DNA of 64,000 nt, from assembly GCA_036308445.1 (NCBI GenBank), contig JAXJVS010000042.1, positions 3,805-67,804 on the forward strand, read 5' to 3'. The translations under genes and the position numbers were made by a program. Under the pieces are notes generated by a model. The model searched no databases. It was not told the origin of the DNA and saw nothing but the letters and a program-made list of their open reading frames with translations. Of this stretch, positions 50,597-58,534 are shown one piece after another. Position 1 is the first letter of the stretch. Every line of letters begins with the position of its first letter. Origin of the DNA: Bacilli bacterium (lineage in GTDB: Bacteria; Bacillota_I; Bacilli_A; Erysipelotrichales; Coprobacillaceae).

Positions 50597-51049
50597 ATGT
50601 CTTTAAAAGATAAATGGAATGAATATAAAGAAGAAAAAGAAAGAAAAGATTATTTCCGTAAAAGAAATGATTTATATGTTGATAGTATAACTATGACAAA
50701 AACAATGATTGCTGGCTTATTAGCTGCAATTGTTGGAGCTGTTATTGTTGATGTTATTACATCGACCATAGGCATTAGAAATTCATATTTTTATATTGTT
50801 TTAGGTGGTGTAGTAGGAAATGTTGTTAAATATGTTTCTTCAGTTCAGTCTAAACAAATGGGGATTTTAGCTGCTATTTTAACTGTTGTGGGGTGTATGC
50901 TAGCTCATTTTGTATTCTTTGTATATATGTTTGGTTTACTTAATATGTTTAGTGCACTGTTTTTTAGTGTAACATCAATATTTTCTGATGTTTTTAGCAT
51001 TGTATTTTTGATTTTAGGCGCTTGTATTGCTTATCAGACTGCTCGATAG
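50597..51049 (+). CDS. Hypothetical membrane protein (charged N-terminus plus about 4 TM helices)
   Basis: Open frame with a plausible RBS (GGTG). No family recognised. Confidence 0.5.
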   Translation: MSLKDKWNEYKEEKERKDYFRKRNDLYVDSITMTKTMIAGLLAAIVGAVIVDVITSTIGIRNSYFYIVLGGVVGNVVKYVSSVQSKQMGILAAILTVVGCMLAHFVFFVYMFGLLNMFSALFFSVTSIFSDVFSIVFLILGACIAYQTAR

Positions 51050-51154
51050 ATTGAAGAAAAAGGTGATCTAGAAATCTAAGTGCATTACAGATTTTGCAGA
51101 TAATTTAGGGGCTGTTATACCCCGAAGCTTGTAAAATGAGGATTATCTTCGAAA

Positions 51155-51183
51155 GCAGGGAACGAGAGTTTCCTGCTTTTTTT
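51155..51183 (+). terminator. Rho-independent terminator
   Basis: 9-bp stem GCAGGGAAC/GTTTCCTGC (one G-T pair), GAGA loop and T7 tail. It lies about 105 nt downstream of the preceding stop codon. Confidence 0.85.
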
Positions 51184-51343
51184 AAAACTGTTTCCAGTCA
51201 CCGTCATTCATCAACCTCAAAATTTATAAAGAAAACAATAAAAACTACACGATATTGTGTGATGTACACTAAAACTGAGATTTTATAGTCACTTTTTTTC
51301 ACCTCTTTTTTTAATTATCATATGATAAAATGAAGGAGGAAAT

Positions 51344-51742
51344 ATGGAAATTTTTGATAATCAATGCTCATGTCAAAATGAGCAAAAAGATATGCTTCTA
51401 TTTCAACCAAATGAAGCATTTATGTTAGGAAATCTATTTCAGGATTTGTATCAGTCTTATAAAGGGTTTTCGAATTACTGTGTTCAGAGTAGTAATGAAA
51501 GACAACAAATGTTATTGAATGTTCAGATCAATGAGTTTGTTGCTCATGAGATAAATTTATATTTGGACAATCATCCTAATGATGGAAGAATGTTACGTTT
51601 ATATCATGAATATGTTAGAAGAGCTAAAGAAGCAAGAAAAGAATTTGAGAATCATTATGGACCGCTTGCTGTACAAAATTCTAATAAAAATATACCATTT
51701 CAATGGATTGAGGAGCCTTGGCCATGGCAACATCAATTATAG
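51344..51742 (+). CDS. cotJB: Spore-coat protein CotJB with an N-terminal CotJA-like segment (apparent CotJA-CotJB fusion)
   Basis: The C-terminal two thirds (..EFVAHEINLYLDNHPNDGRMLRLYHEY...HYGPL...EEPWPWQ) match the CotJB pattern. Residues 17-43 (LLFQPNEAFMLGNLFQDLYQSYKG) resemble the conserved CotJA core. RBS GGAGG. Confidence 0.7.
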   Translation: MEIFDNQCSCQNEQKDMLLFQPNEAFMLGNLFQDLYQSYKGFSNYCVQSSNERQQMLLNVQINEFVAHEINLYLDNHPNDGRMLRLYHEYVRRAKEARKEFENHYGPLAVQNSNKNIPFQWIEEPWPWQHQL

Positions 51743-51754
51743 GGGGAGATAAAA

Positions 51755-52342
51755 ATGTGGAACTATAGTAAAAAATTACAATATCCAATTGATATTAAAA
51801 GAAAAGATATAGAAATGGCTAAGTATATTGTAACTCAATTTGGTGGTTCTAATGGTGAATTAGCTGCTTGTTTAAGATATCTAACACAAAGATATACAAT
51901 GCCTGATGATAAAGGAAAAGCGTTATTAACTGACATTGGTACAGAAGAAATGGCGCATATGGAAATGATTAGTGCTATGGTTTATCAGTTGTTAGAAGGA
52001 GCTACTGTTCAGGAGATTAAAGATGCCGGATTAACGTCTCATTATACGGAACATGGGTTTTCTTTATATCCTGTAGACGCAAATGGTGTTCCATTTACAG
52101 TCACATATTTTGCAGTGACAGGAGATCCAGTTGCGGATTTGGCAGAAAATATGGCTGCTGAACAAAAGGCAAGAGCCATTTATGAAAATTTAATGAACTT
52201 GACAGATGATCCGGATGTCCTTGCGCCATTATCTTATTTAAGACAAAGAGAAATAGTACACCATCATCGCTTTAAAGAATTATATGATGAATATGTAGAA
52301 AAATATTACCAGCCAGATATGAAAAAATGTCAAAACAATTAA
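51755..52342 (+). CDS. cotJC: Spore-coat protein CotJC (manganese-catalase family)
   Basis: N-terminus MWNYSKKLQYPIDIKRKD..GGSNGELAACLRYLTQRYTMPD and the di-metal ligand motif EEMAHMEM are present. The gene lies immediately downstream of cotJB. Confidence 0.9.
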   Translation: MWNYSKKLQYPIDIKRKDIEMAKYIVTQFGGSNGELAACLRYLTQRYTMPDDKGKALLTDIGTEEMAHMEMISAMVYQLLEGATVQEIKDAGLTSHYTEHGFSLYPVDANGVPFTVTYFAVTGDPVADLAENMAAEQKARAIYENLMNLTDDPDVLAPLSYLRQREIVHHHRFKELYDEYVEKYYQPDMKKCQNN

Positions 52343-52428
52343 AGTTTAAGGTATAACATTTGTTATGCCTTTTATTAATTTTTAGTTCATATTTAGTCTA
52401 TATAATAAAAGAAAGGTAGGCGTTAATT

Positions 52429-52854
52429 ATGAAAGTAAAGGTTGTTTATACATCTCATTGTAAGGATGCGAAAATTTTAGCTGAAGACATAGCTAGATAT
52501 GCAAAAACATATGCTCAACCAATAAATAATTTTAATTTTTATGAAGAGATTGATTTGTTAGTTATTGGTTTTGATGATTATTTTTGTTTGAAAGATAAAG
52601 AATTAGAAGAATTTATAACGAAATTAAAAAGACAATATATTAAAAATGTTGCATTGTTTAATATGTTTTGTTTTTCTAATAAAAAGATGGAAAAAGCAAT
52701 AGAACTATGTCAAAAAAATGATCTGCCTTTGATGAGAGAAACTTATTCTTCTAAAAGAAAGCTAAGACGCCAAAATAGATTAACCATTGATACAATAGAA
52801 GGTGGAAGGCTATATATTCTTGATATGATAACAATTTGTAGGAATTACTATTGA
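52429..52854 (+). CDS. Flavodoxin-like-fold hypothetical protein (FMN-loop motif degenerate)
   Basis: MKVKVVYTSHCKDAKILAEDIA...DLLVIGF resembles the flavodoxin beta-alpha-beta start but lacks the S/T-x-T-G-x-T phosphate loop. A terminator GAAACT/AGTTTC plus T-run follows at about 52909-52935. Confidence 0.4.
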   Translation: MKVKVVYTSHCKDAKILAEDIARYAKTYAQPINNFNFYEEIDLLVIGFDDYFCLKDKELEEFITKLKRQYIKNVALFNMFCFSNKKMEKAIELCQKNDLPLMRETYSSKRKLRRQNRLTIDTIEGGRLYILDMITICRNYY

Positions 52855-52888
52855 TTTTCAAAATTTGAAAATTTAGATTAATAATAAA

Positions 52889-53109
52889 TTATCACGATGA
52901 TAAAAAATGAAACTATTTCCAGTTTCTTTTTTTATGTTTTTGGATAATAAGTAGTTATTAAGGTGATAAATTGTGATAATAGATGATAAAAAAAGAGAAA
53001 ATAAAAAACAAAAAAATATATAAGATTTATGAAAATAACAAAAATAAAATAATTGTATTTTGATAATGACAAAAATAAGGTTTGACAGAAATTATCACTT
53101 TGATATAAT
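52889..53109 (+). promoter_or_regulatory. Promoter of the PII-amt operon embedded in an array of TGATAA/TTATCA motifs
   Basis: The promoter is -35 TTGACA (53082-53087), a 16-nt spacer and an extended -10 TGATATAAT (53101-53109). The spacer contains TTATCA-ctt-TGATAT (53092-53106). A perfect palindrome TTATCA-cga-TGATAA is at 52889-52903. TGATAA occurs at 52964, 52974 and 52984 with 10-nt phase. GGATAA is at 52942 and TGATAA at 53061. Confidence 0.6.
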
Positions 53110-53141
53110 AACACTATAATTTCAGCAAGGGGGGTGGAAAT

Positions 53142-53480
53142 ATGAAAAAGCTAGAAATTGTAATTCGTCCAGAAAAATTTGAAAGTTTAAAATCTATTTT
53201 AAAGAAACATGAAATTTCTGGGATGATGGTTTCTAATGTCATGGGACATGGAAAACAAATGGGTTATCAGCAACAATATAGGGGGAATGTTTATTCAGTT
53301 AATTTAGTGAATAAATTAAAAGTTGAAATTGTTGTAAAAGATGAAGTTGTTGATTTGATTTTGAAAAGTATCGCAGATGAATTACCAACAGGACAAGTTG
53401 GAGATGGAAAAGTATTTGTATATGATGTAATAAATGCGATGCGAATTAGAACAGGTGAAAAAGGAGAAGAAGCACTTTAA
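53142..53480 (+). CDS. glnB: Nitrogen regulatory protein P-II
   Basis: 112 aa starting MKKLEIVIRPEKF.., with a T-loop GHGKQMGYQQQYRG and the C-terminal DGKVFVYDV..RIRTGE pattern. It lies upstream of amt. Confidence 0.92.
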   Translation: MKKLEIVIRPEKFESLKSILKKHEISGMMVSNVMGHGKQMGYQQQYRGNVYSVNLVNKLKVEIVVKDEVVDLILKSIADELPTGQVGDGKVFVYDVINAMRIRTGEKGEEAL

Positions 53481-53505
53481 TGAATCATAAAGGGGGATGA
53501 TGAAA

Positions 53506-54756
53506 ATGGAAGTTACTCAATTAATTAATATAGTGTGGGTTTTTCTAGCTTCGTGCTTGGTTATGTTAATGCAGGCAGGCTTTGCTATTTTAGAAGCAGG
53601 TCTTACTAGACAAAAGAATTGTAATAACGTTTTAATGAAAAATATTATGGATTTTGTTATTGGATCTATAGTTTTTATGATTGTTGGTTTTGGATTAATG
53701 TTTGGTGATGATGTAATAGGATTTATTGGAAGTAGTGGTTTTATTGATCCTACAACATTAAATTTAGAACAATTTGATGCTTTATCGCCATCTATATTTA
53801 TTTTCTTTCAGACTGTATTCTGTGCTACTGCTGCTACGATTGTTTCAGGGGCAATGGCTGAAAGAACAAAATTTATCAGTTATCTTATTTATACTTTCAT
53901 AATTTCTTTAGTTATTTATCCAGTATCTGGACATTGGATTTGGGGTGGTGGCTGGTTAGCTGATCTTGGATTTATTGATTATGCTGGTTCTAGTGCAGTT
54001 CATTCAGTAGGTGGCTGGGCTGCTTTAATAGGTGCTATGGTATTAGGACCTAGAATTGGAAAGTATAACAAAGATGGTTCTTCGAATGCTATTCCGGGCC
54101 ATAATATTATGATGGCAACTTTAGGAGTCTTTATTTTATGGTTCTGTTGGTTTGGATTTAATCCTGGTTCGTCTTTAGAAGCCGCTGGATATGTAGGTCA
54201 CATTGCTTTAACTACTAATTTATCAGCATGTGCAGGTGCGTTAGTTGCTTTAATTATTACATGGGTTAGATATGGAAAACCAGATATTTCAATGACATTA
54301 AATGGTATATTAGCTGGTTTAGTAGCTATTACTGCTGGTTGCCATATTATTTCATTATATGGTTCTTTAATTGTAGGTGCTATTTCTGGAGTATTAGTTG
54401 TATTTGGATGTGAGTTCTTAGATAAGAAGCTTCACATTGATGATCCTGTGGGTGCTGTTGGTGTTCACTGTTTAAATGGTGTCTGGGGTACAATCGCAGT
54501 GGGCTTATTTGCTTGTCATACAGTTGCTAGCCCTGACGGATCTTTAGGTTTATTCTACGGCGGAGGATTTACTCAATTAGGAATTCAAGTATTAGGTGTA
54601 GTCGCAGTAGCTGCATGGGTATGTGTTACAAGCTTTATTATGTTTAAAGTTATTAAGCATACAATTGGTTTGAGAGCAAGTGAGCAGGAAGAATTGCAAG
54701 GACTAGATTTAGGAGAACATGGTTCTGAATGTTATCCTGATTTCTTGAAAAAATAG
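53506..54756 (+). CDS. amt: Ammonium transporter (Amt family)
   Basis: Polytopic protein with Amt signatures (..DYAGSSAVHSVGGWAAL.., ..GFNPGS.., ..DDPVGAVGVHCLNGVWG..). The start among 53497/53500/53506 is uncertain. Confidence 0.93.
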   Translation: MEVTQLINIVWVFLASCLVMLMQAGFAILEAGLTRQKNCNNVLMKNIMDFVIGSIVFMIVGFGLMFGDDVIGFIGSSGFIDPTTLNLEQFDALSPSIFIFFQTVFCATAATIVSGAMAERTKFISYLIYTFIISLVIYPVSGHWIWGGGWLADLGFIDYAGSSAVHSVGGWAALIGAMVLGPRIGKYNKDGSSNAIPGHNIMMATLGVFILWFCWFGFNPGSSLEAAGYVGHIALTTNLSACAGALVALIITWVRYGKPDISMTLNGILAGLVAITAGCHIISLYGSLIVGAISGVLVVFGCEFLDKKLHIDDPVGAVGVHCLNGVWGTIAVGLFACHTVASPDGSLGLFYGGGFTQLGIQVLGVVAVAAWVCVTSFIMFKVIKHTIGLRASEQEELQGLDLGEHGSECYPDFLKK

Positions 54757-54808
54757 AAAATGGAAAAGGGGAATACCCCAATGTCATAAATTAAAATGAC
54801 ATAAACTT

Positions 54809-54850
54809 AACAGGAAATAGTATCAATATGATATTATTTCCTGTTTTTAT
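54809..54850 (+). terminator. Rho-independent terminator of PII-amt
   Basis: 11-bp stem AACAGGAAATA/TATTTCCTGTT followed by a T-run. Confidence 0.8.
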
Positions 54851-55016
54851 TTTTTTAAGAAGCCAAAAAGTGTAGTATTGATACTACATGTTCAAAAGTA
54901 TATAATAATAGTGTTATTGATATATGAAATGTACTGGACTTTGTTTTCTAACTTTAAGGGGTGCAGAACGTCCAGACCTTATAGTTTCTATTTCATTTGC
55001 GATTATCGATTCAATA

Positions 55017-55835
55017 TCAGGTGGTATATGCCGCCTTTTTTCTTTTTGTATATATTTTGATATTATAAAAAACTCTTGTGGAATTAACTGCATACACATA
55101 TTTTCTTTGATTTTCTTGGTTTAATATTTCTAATTATTTTTCACTGAAATTGTAGAACAATAACTTTGTATATATTTCCTGTCTGATTGAGTCTTTTTTT
55201 GCATGAAAAGCATTTAGACCTATTGCATATGTCAGTTCTCGGATGGATGATTCGCTTCTCCGACGAATATTATATAGTTCTATGATTATTTCAAGAAGTA
55301 ATTCATTTCTTTCAAGATTCGTGAATACTGTTTTGTATGTATCCTCTGTAATTTTGAAACGTATGATTTTGCATTCAAATTCAAAGAATTTTTCATTTCC
55401 AAAGGAGTCGGATTTTTGATTTTTAGGCATGAATTTGTGGATTTCAGGTTATGCTTTGATTTCATTTGTGTTTCTTAATGCAAGAATTCTTTTAACATCA
55501 ACATTAAACTCATCTGCCTTTGGCAGTCCAAAGCTTCTCGCTACACTTGTCTTTGAAGCAATATCTTTGATATGGATAGGATACTTATTTTCTGATTTCA
55601 TAACATGAACAAAAGAATTCAAAGATTCAAACCCTCTATCTGCGATAAAAATGGGTTTATTGATTGACTTGTGTCTGTCTGACAGTTTATTAAATGCACC
55701 ATTTTTGTTCATGCGATCTTCTCCCTGAATAATTACATCAACATAAAGATGAGATGACAGATCGAATATTGCACATAAGTAAGTATTCTTTTTTTGTATA
55801 CCTATAAACAATAGCCACACACCATCACCGTAAGG
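55017..55835 (-). mobile_element. Degraded IS4-family (DDE_Tnp_1-type) transposase remnant: 5'-truncated, one frameshift, one in-frame stop
   Basis: Three consecutive minus-strand pieces are visible. The first is ..YLCAIFDLSSHLYVDVIIQ...IFIADRGFESLNSF.. (55449-55835). The second is ..ELYNIRRRSESSIRELTYAIGLNAFHAKK..QEIYTKLLFYNF (55134-55430), a decayed Y-R-E-K region. The third follows an in-frame TAA: LEILNQENQRKYVYAVNSTRVFYNI.. down to 55017. There is no N-terminal third and no identifiable inverted repeats. Confidence 0.7.
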
Positions 55836-55974
55836 TCAATATATATTAAAAAAAGGGATATATTTTTTATGTATTCCTTCGAAAATTATTTTTATTAACT
55901 TAATGACAATGAGGGAGAACCTCTTTTTTTTATACTTAAGATATGTTAGAATGATTTATTAAGAGGTGGAAAAT

Positions 55975-57246
55975 ATGAAAAATTATAAATTTGATACATT
56001 AACTATACATGCTGGTCAAAAAGTGGACCCAACTACAAAAGCAATTGGTGTACCTATTTCATTGACAAATGCATATACATTTGACGATGCTGATCAAGCA
56101 AAAAATATTTTTGCTTTAGAAGAAGGAGGGTATTTCTATTCGAGATTATCTAATCCAACTGTCGATGTTTTACAAACTCGTATGGCTGCTTTAGATGGTG
56201 GTGTAGGTGCTGTTGCTTTCTCTTCAGGAACTGCTGCAATTATGGGGTTGATTATGACAGTATGTGAAAGTGGTGATGAAATTGTTGCTGCTAATAATTT
56301 ATATGGTGGTACTATTGGGTCTTTGTCTGGAACTATGGCAGGTATGGGATTTAAATCTCATTTTGTTGATCCAAGGGATTTAGAAGCTGTTGAAGCTGCA
56401 ATTAATGAAAAAACAAAGATTTTATTTTTTGAATCTGTAGGTAATCCAAATGGTGATATGTTTGATTTTGAAGAAATAGCAAAGATTGCTAAGAAACATG
56501 GTATTTTATATGTTATAGATAATACTACTTCTACACCAGCTTTATTTAAACCTATACAACATGGTGCTGATGTTGTTGTATATTCTACAACAAAATATAT
56601 CGCTGGACATGGTAATATTATGGGTGGTGTAGTTGTTGATGGTGGTAAGTTTGATTGGGCTAATGGTAGATATCCATTGTTTACTAATCCTGATAAAGCT
56701 TATCATGATATTGTTTATGCTGATTTAAAAGAATCTGCTTTATGTACCAAGATGATTGCTAAGACATTGAGAGATTTAGGTGGATGTATGTCTCCGTTTA
56801 ATGCATATATGACTCTATTAGGACTTGAAACATTACCATTGAGAATGAAGAAACATGTAGAAAATTCAAGAAAAATTGCTCAATTTTTAAATGATTGTGA
56901 AGATGTTGAATGGGTTTCATATGCAGAATTAGAAAATCACGCTTCTCATGAGTTGTGTAAGAAGTATTTCCCAAATGGCTTTGGAGGATTATTCACATTT
57001 GGTGTTAAAGGGGGCAGTGAAGGTGGAAAAACGGTTATTAATAATATTCAATTATTTATTCATGCTACTAACTTTGCTGATTCTCGTTCGCTATTAACAC
57101 ATCCTGCATCAACTACTCATGCTCAAATGAGCGAGGAAGAAAGATTGGCTGGAGGAGTAAAACAAGAAACTATTAGAATTTCTATTGGCCTAGAAGATGC
57201 AGATGACTTAATTGATGATTTAAAACAAGCTTTTGACAAGATTTAA
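55975..57246 (+). CDS. metY: O-acetylhomoserine/O-acetylserine sulfhydrylase (Cys/Met-metabolism PLP enzyme)
   Basis: The N-terminus FDTLTIHAGQ and the PLP-lysine motif YSTTKYIAGHG are present. The product is about 424 aa. RBS AGAGGTGG. Confidence 0.9.
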   Translation: MKNYKFDTLTIHAGQKVDPTTKAIGVPISLTNAYTFDDADQAKNIFALEEGGYFYSRLSNPTVDVLQTRMAALDGGVGAVAFSSGTAAIMGLIMTVCESGDEIVAANNLYGGTIGSLSGTMAGMGFKSHFVDPRDLEAVEAAINEKTKILFFESVGNPNGDMFDFEEIAKIAKKHGILYVIDNTTSTPALFKPIQHGADVVVYSTTKYIAGHGNIMGGVVVDGGKFDWANGRYPLFTNPDKAYHDIVYADLKESALCTKMIAKTLRDLGGCMSPFNAYMTLLGLETLPLRMKKHVENSRKIAQFLNDCEDVEWVSYAELENHASHELCKKYFPNGFGGLFTFGVKGGSEGGKTVINNIQLFIHATNFADSRSLLTHPASTTHAQMSEEERLAGGVKQETIRISIGLEDADDLIDDLKQAFDKI

Positions 57247-57272
57247 CCAGTTCTGAATAGAACTGGTTTTTG
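57246..57272 (+). terminator. Rho-independent terminator of metY
   Basis: ACCAGTTCT-gaat-AGAACTGGT followed by T5. A second hairpin at 57283-57301 with an A-run on its plus-strand 5' side serves the convergent def gene. Confidence 0.85.
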
Positions 57273-57309
57273 TGTAAAAAAAAGATACTTAAAAAGTATC
57301 TTGTATGTA

Positions 57310-57879
57310 CTATTCAACAATCATTGCATCTTTGATTGGCATTTTTGGATATTCCTTATTGATATGATCATAGAATAAAGTACCTTCAAAATGGTCAAGT
57401 TCATGTTGTAGACAGATAGCTAAGAATCCTCTTGCTATAATGGTAACATCTTTATCTGTTAAAACATCATATCCTTTAACTGTAACTTTCGCAAAGCGAG
57501 GAACATATCCTTCAATGTTTTCATTAACTGATAAACAGCCTTCACCATCTTTTAAATAAGATTTTTTTTGTGTATGAGCAACAATTCTAGGATTAACTAA
57601 TGCATAAGAATCATCATTAATGAAATTACCTTCATCATCATAATTTTTAACATAAATAGCGCATATTCTTTTTAAAATCCCAATTTGTACACCAGCAATT
57701 CCGACTGCTGGTCTTAAATCATATTTTTCAGATAATTCTTCATCTTGAGAATTTACTAAGAACTGGTACATTTCCAATAATGTATGTCTTGTTTCTTCAT
57801 CTATTGGAAGCTCAACAGGAAGAGATTTTTCTCTGATTAAAGGATGAGAATCATCAATAATATTTTTCATTGTAATCAT
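57310..57879 (-). CDS. def: Peptide deformylase
   Basis: The three deformylase motifs are present: GIAGVQIG, EGCLS and QHELDH. Confidence 0.94.
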   Translation of the reverse strand: MITMKNIIDDSHPLIREKSLPVELPIDEETRHTLLEMYQFLVNSQDEELSEKYDLRPAVGIAGVQIGILKRICAIYVKNYDDEGNFINDDSYALVNPRIVAHTQKKSYLKDGEGCLSVNENIEGYVPRFAKVTVKGYDVLTDKDVTIIARGFLAICLQHELDHFEGTLFYDHINKEYPKMPIKDAMIVE

Positions 57880-57937
57880 CTTTTTTCACCTACCTTGTTC
57901 CATTATAACAAATCATACAAAAATATGCTAGATAACT

Positions 57938-58150
57938 CTAGCATATTTTTGTACATCCACAGATAATTAATAATAAGAAGACAACTAATACAATAGCGAA
58001 CCATGTGCTTCCGTTACCACATCCACCACACATTGAGAAATTTTGGAATCCTCCACAGTTTCCACAACCTCCGCATCCAAATGGGTTACATGAGAAAGTA
58101 GGCATATAGCTATTGCATCCACATCCACCGTAATTATAACAAGTGTTCAT
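57938..58150 (-). CDS. Cys/Gly-rich 70-aa protein with a C-terminal TM helix (YjcZ / tiny-TM-like C-terminus)
   Basis: Strong RBS AAGGAGGTG lies 6-7 nt before the ATG. The product has 12 Cys and 14 Gly, with repeats CGGCGNCGG and CGGCGNG, then WFAIVLVVFLLLIICGC. The C-terminal part resembles small Bacillus sporulation proteins of the YjcZ type. Confidence 0.6.
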   Translation of the reverse strand: MNTCYNYGGCGCNSYMPTFSCNPFGCGGCGNCGGFQNFSMCGGCGNGSTWFAIVLVVFLLLIICGCTKIC

Positions 58151-58276
58151 TGTTTCACCTCCTTACATTACTAAATTATTCATCTTTTTTATTTTTGTTA
58201 GTGTTTCTACCCATTCTTATTTCTTTTTTTTAGAATTTACTGTATAATAATTTTAGTTTAAAGGGGGAAAGATAAA

Positions 58277-58534
58277 ATGTATGATTATCCTTTAGATTAT
58301 ACTTGGAGTACTGAAGAGATTATAGATGTGATGTCTTTATATAATGCTGTAGAGAAAGCGTATGAAGAAGGTATAAGTAAAGAAGAATTTATGAACTGTT
58401 ATCGATTATTTACTTCTATTGTTGATTCAAAGAGTCAGCAAAAACAATTAGATAAAGAATTTTTAAAAGCTTCTGGATATTCAATCTATGAGGTTTTTAA
58501 GAAAGCTCAAGATCATGATTGGATTCAGATGTAA
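58277..58534 (+). CDS. UPF0223-family protein (YktA-like)
   Basis: 85 aa with the pattern YDYPLDYTWSTEEIIDVMSLYNAVEKAYE..; RBS AAGGGGG. Confidence 0.7.
   Translation: MYDYPLDYTWSTEEIIDVMSLYNAVEKAYEEGISKEEFMNCYRLFTSIVDSKSQQKQLDKEFLKASGYSIYEVFKKAQDHDWIQM

Noticed and set aside
52848-52876. The A/T palindromic stretch TTTTCAAAATTTGAAAATTT after the flavodoxin-like gene was considered as a CodY box (AATTTTCWGAAAATT).
   Set aside because: The best alignment has about five mismatches, including the central TC/GA core positions. This is not distinguishable from background in this AT-rich spacer.
52932-53114. A 60-aa minus-strand ORF covers the PII-amt upstream region.
   Set aside because: The translation is low-complexity (FFVFYFLFFYH). 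There is no RBS, and it overlaps a well-formed promoter and the motif array, so the region is better explained as regulatory DNA.
54878-55124. Two plus-strand ORFs (54878-55060 and 54924-55124) and one minus-strand ORF (54914-55099) lie next to the IS remnant.
   Set aside because: They overlap the 3' tail of the decayed transposase reading frame and its flanking non-coding end. They have no RBS and no recognisable family, so they are treated as part of the IS remnant.
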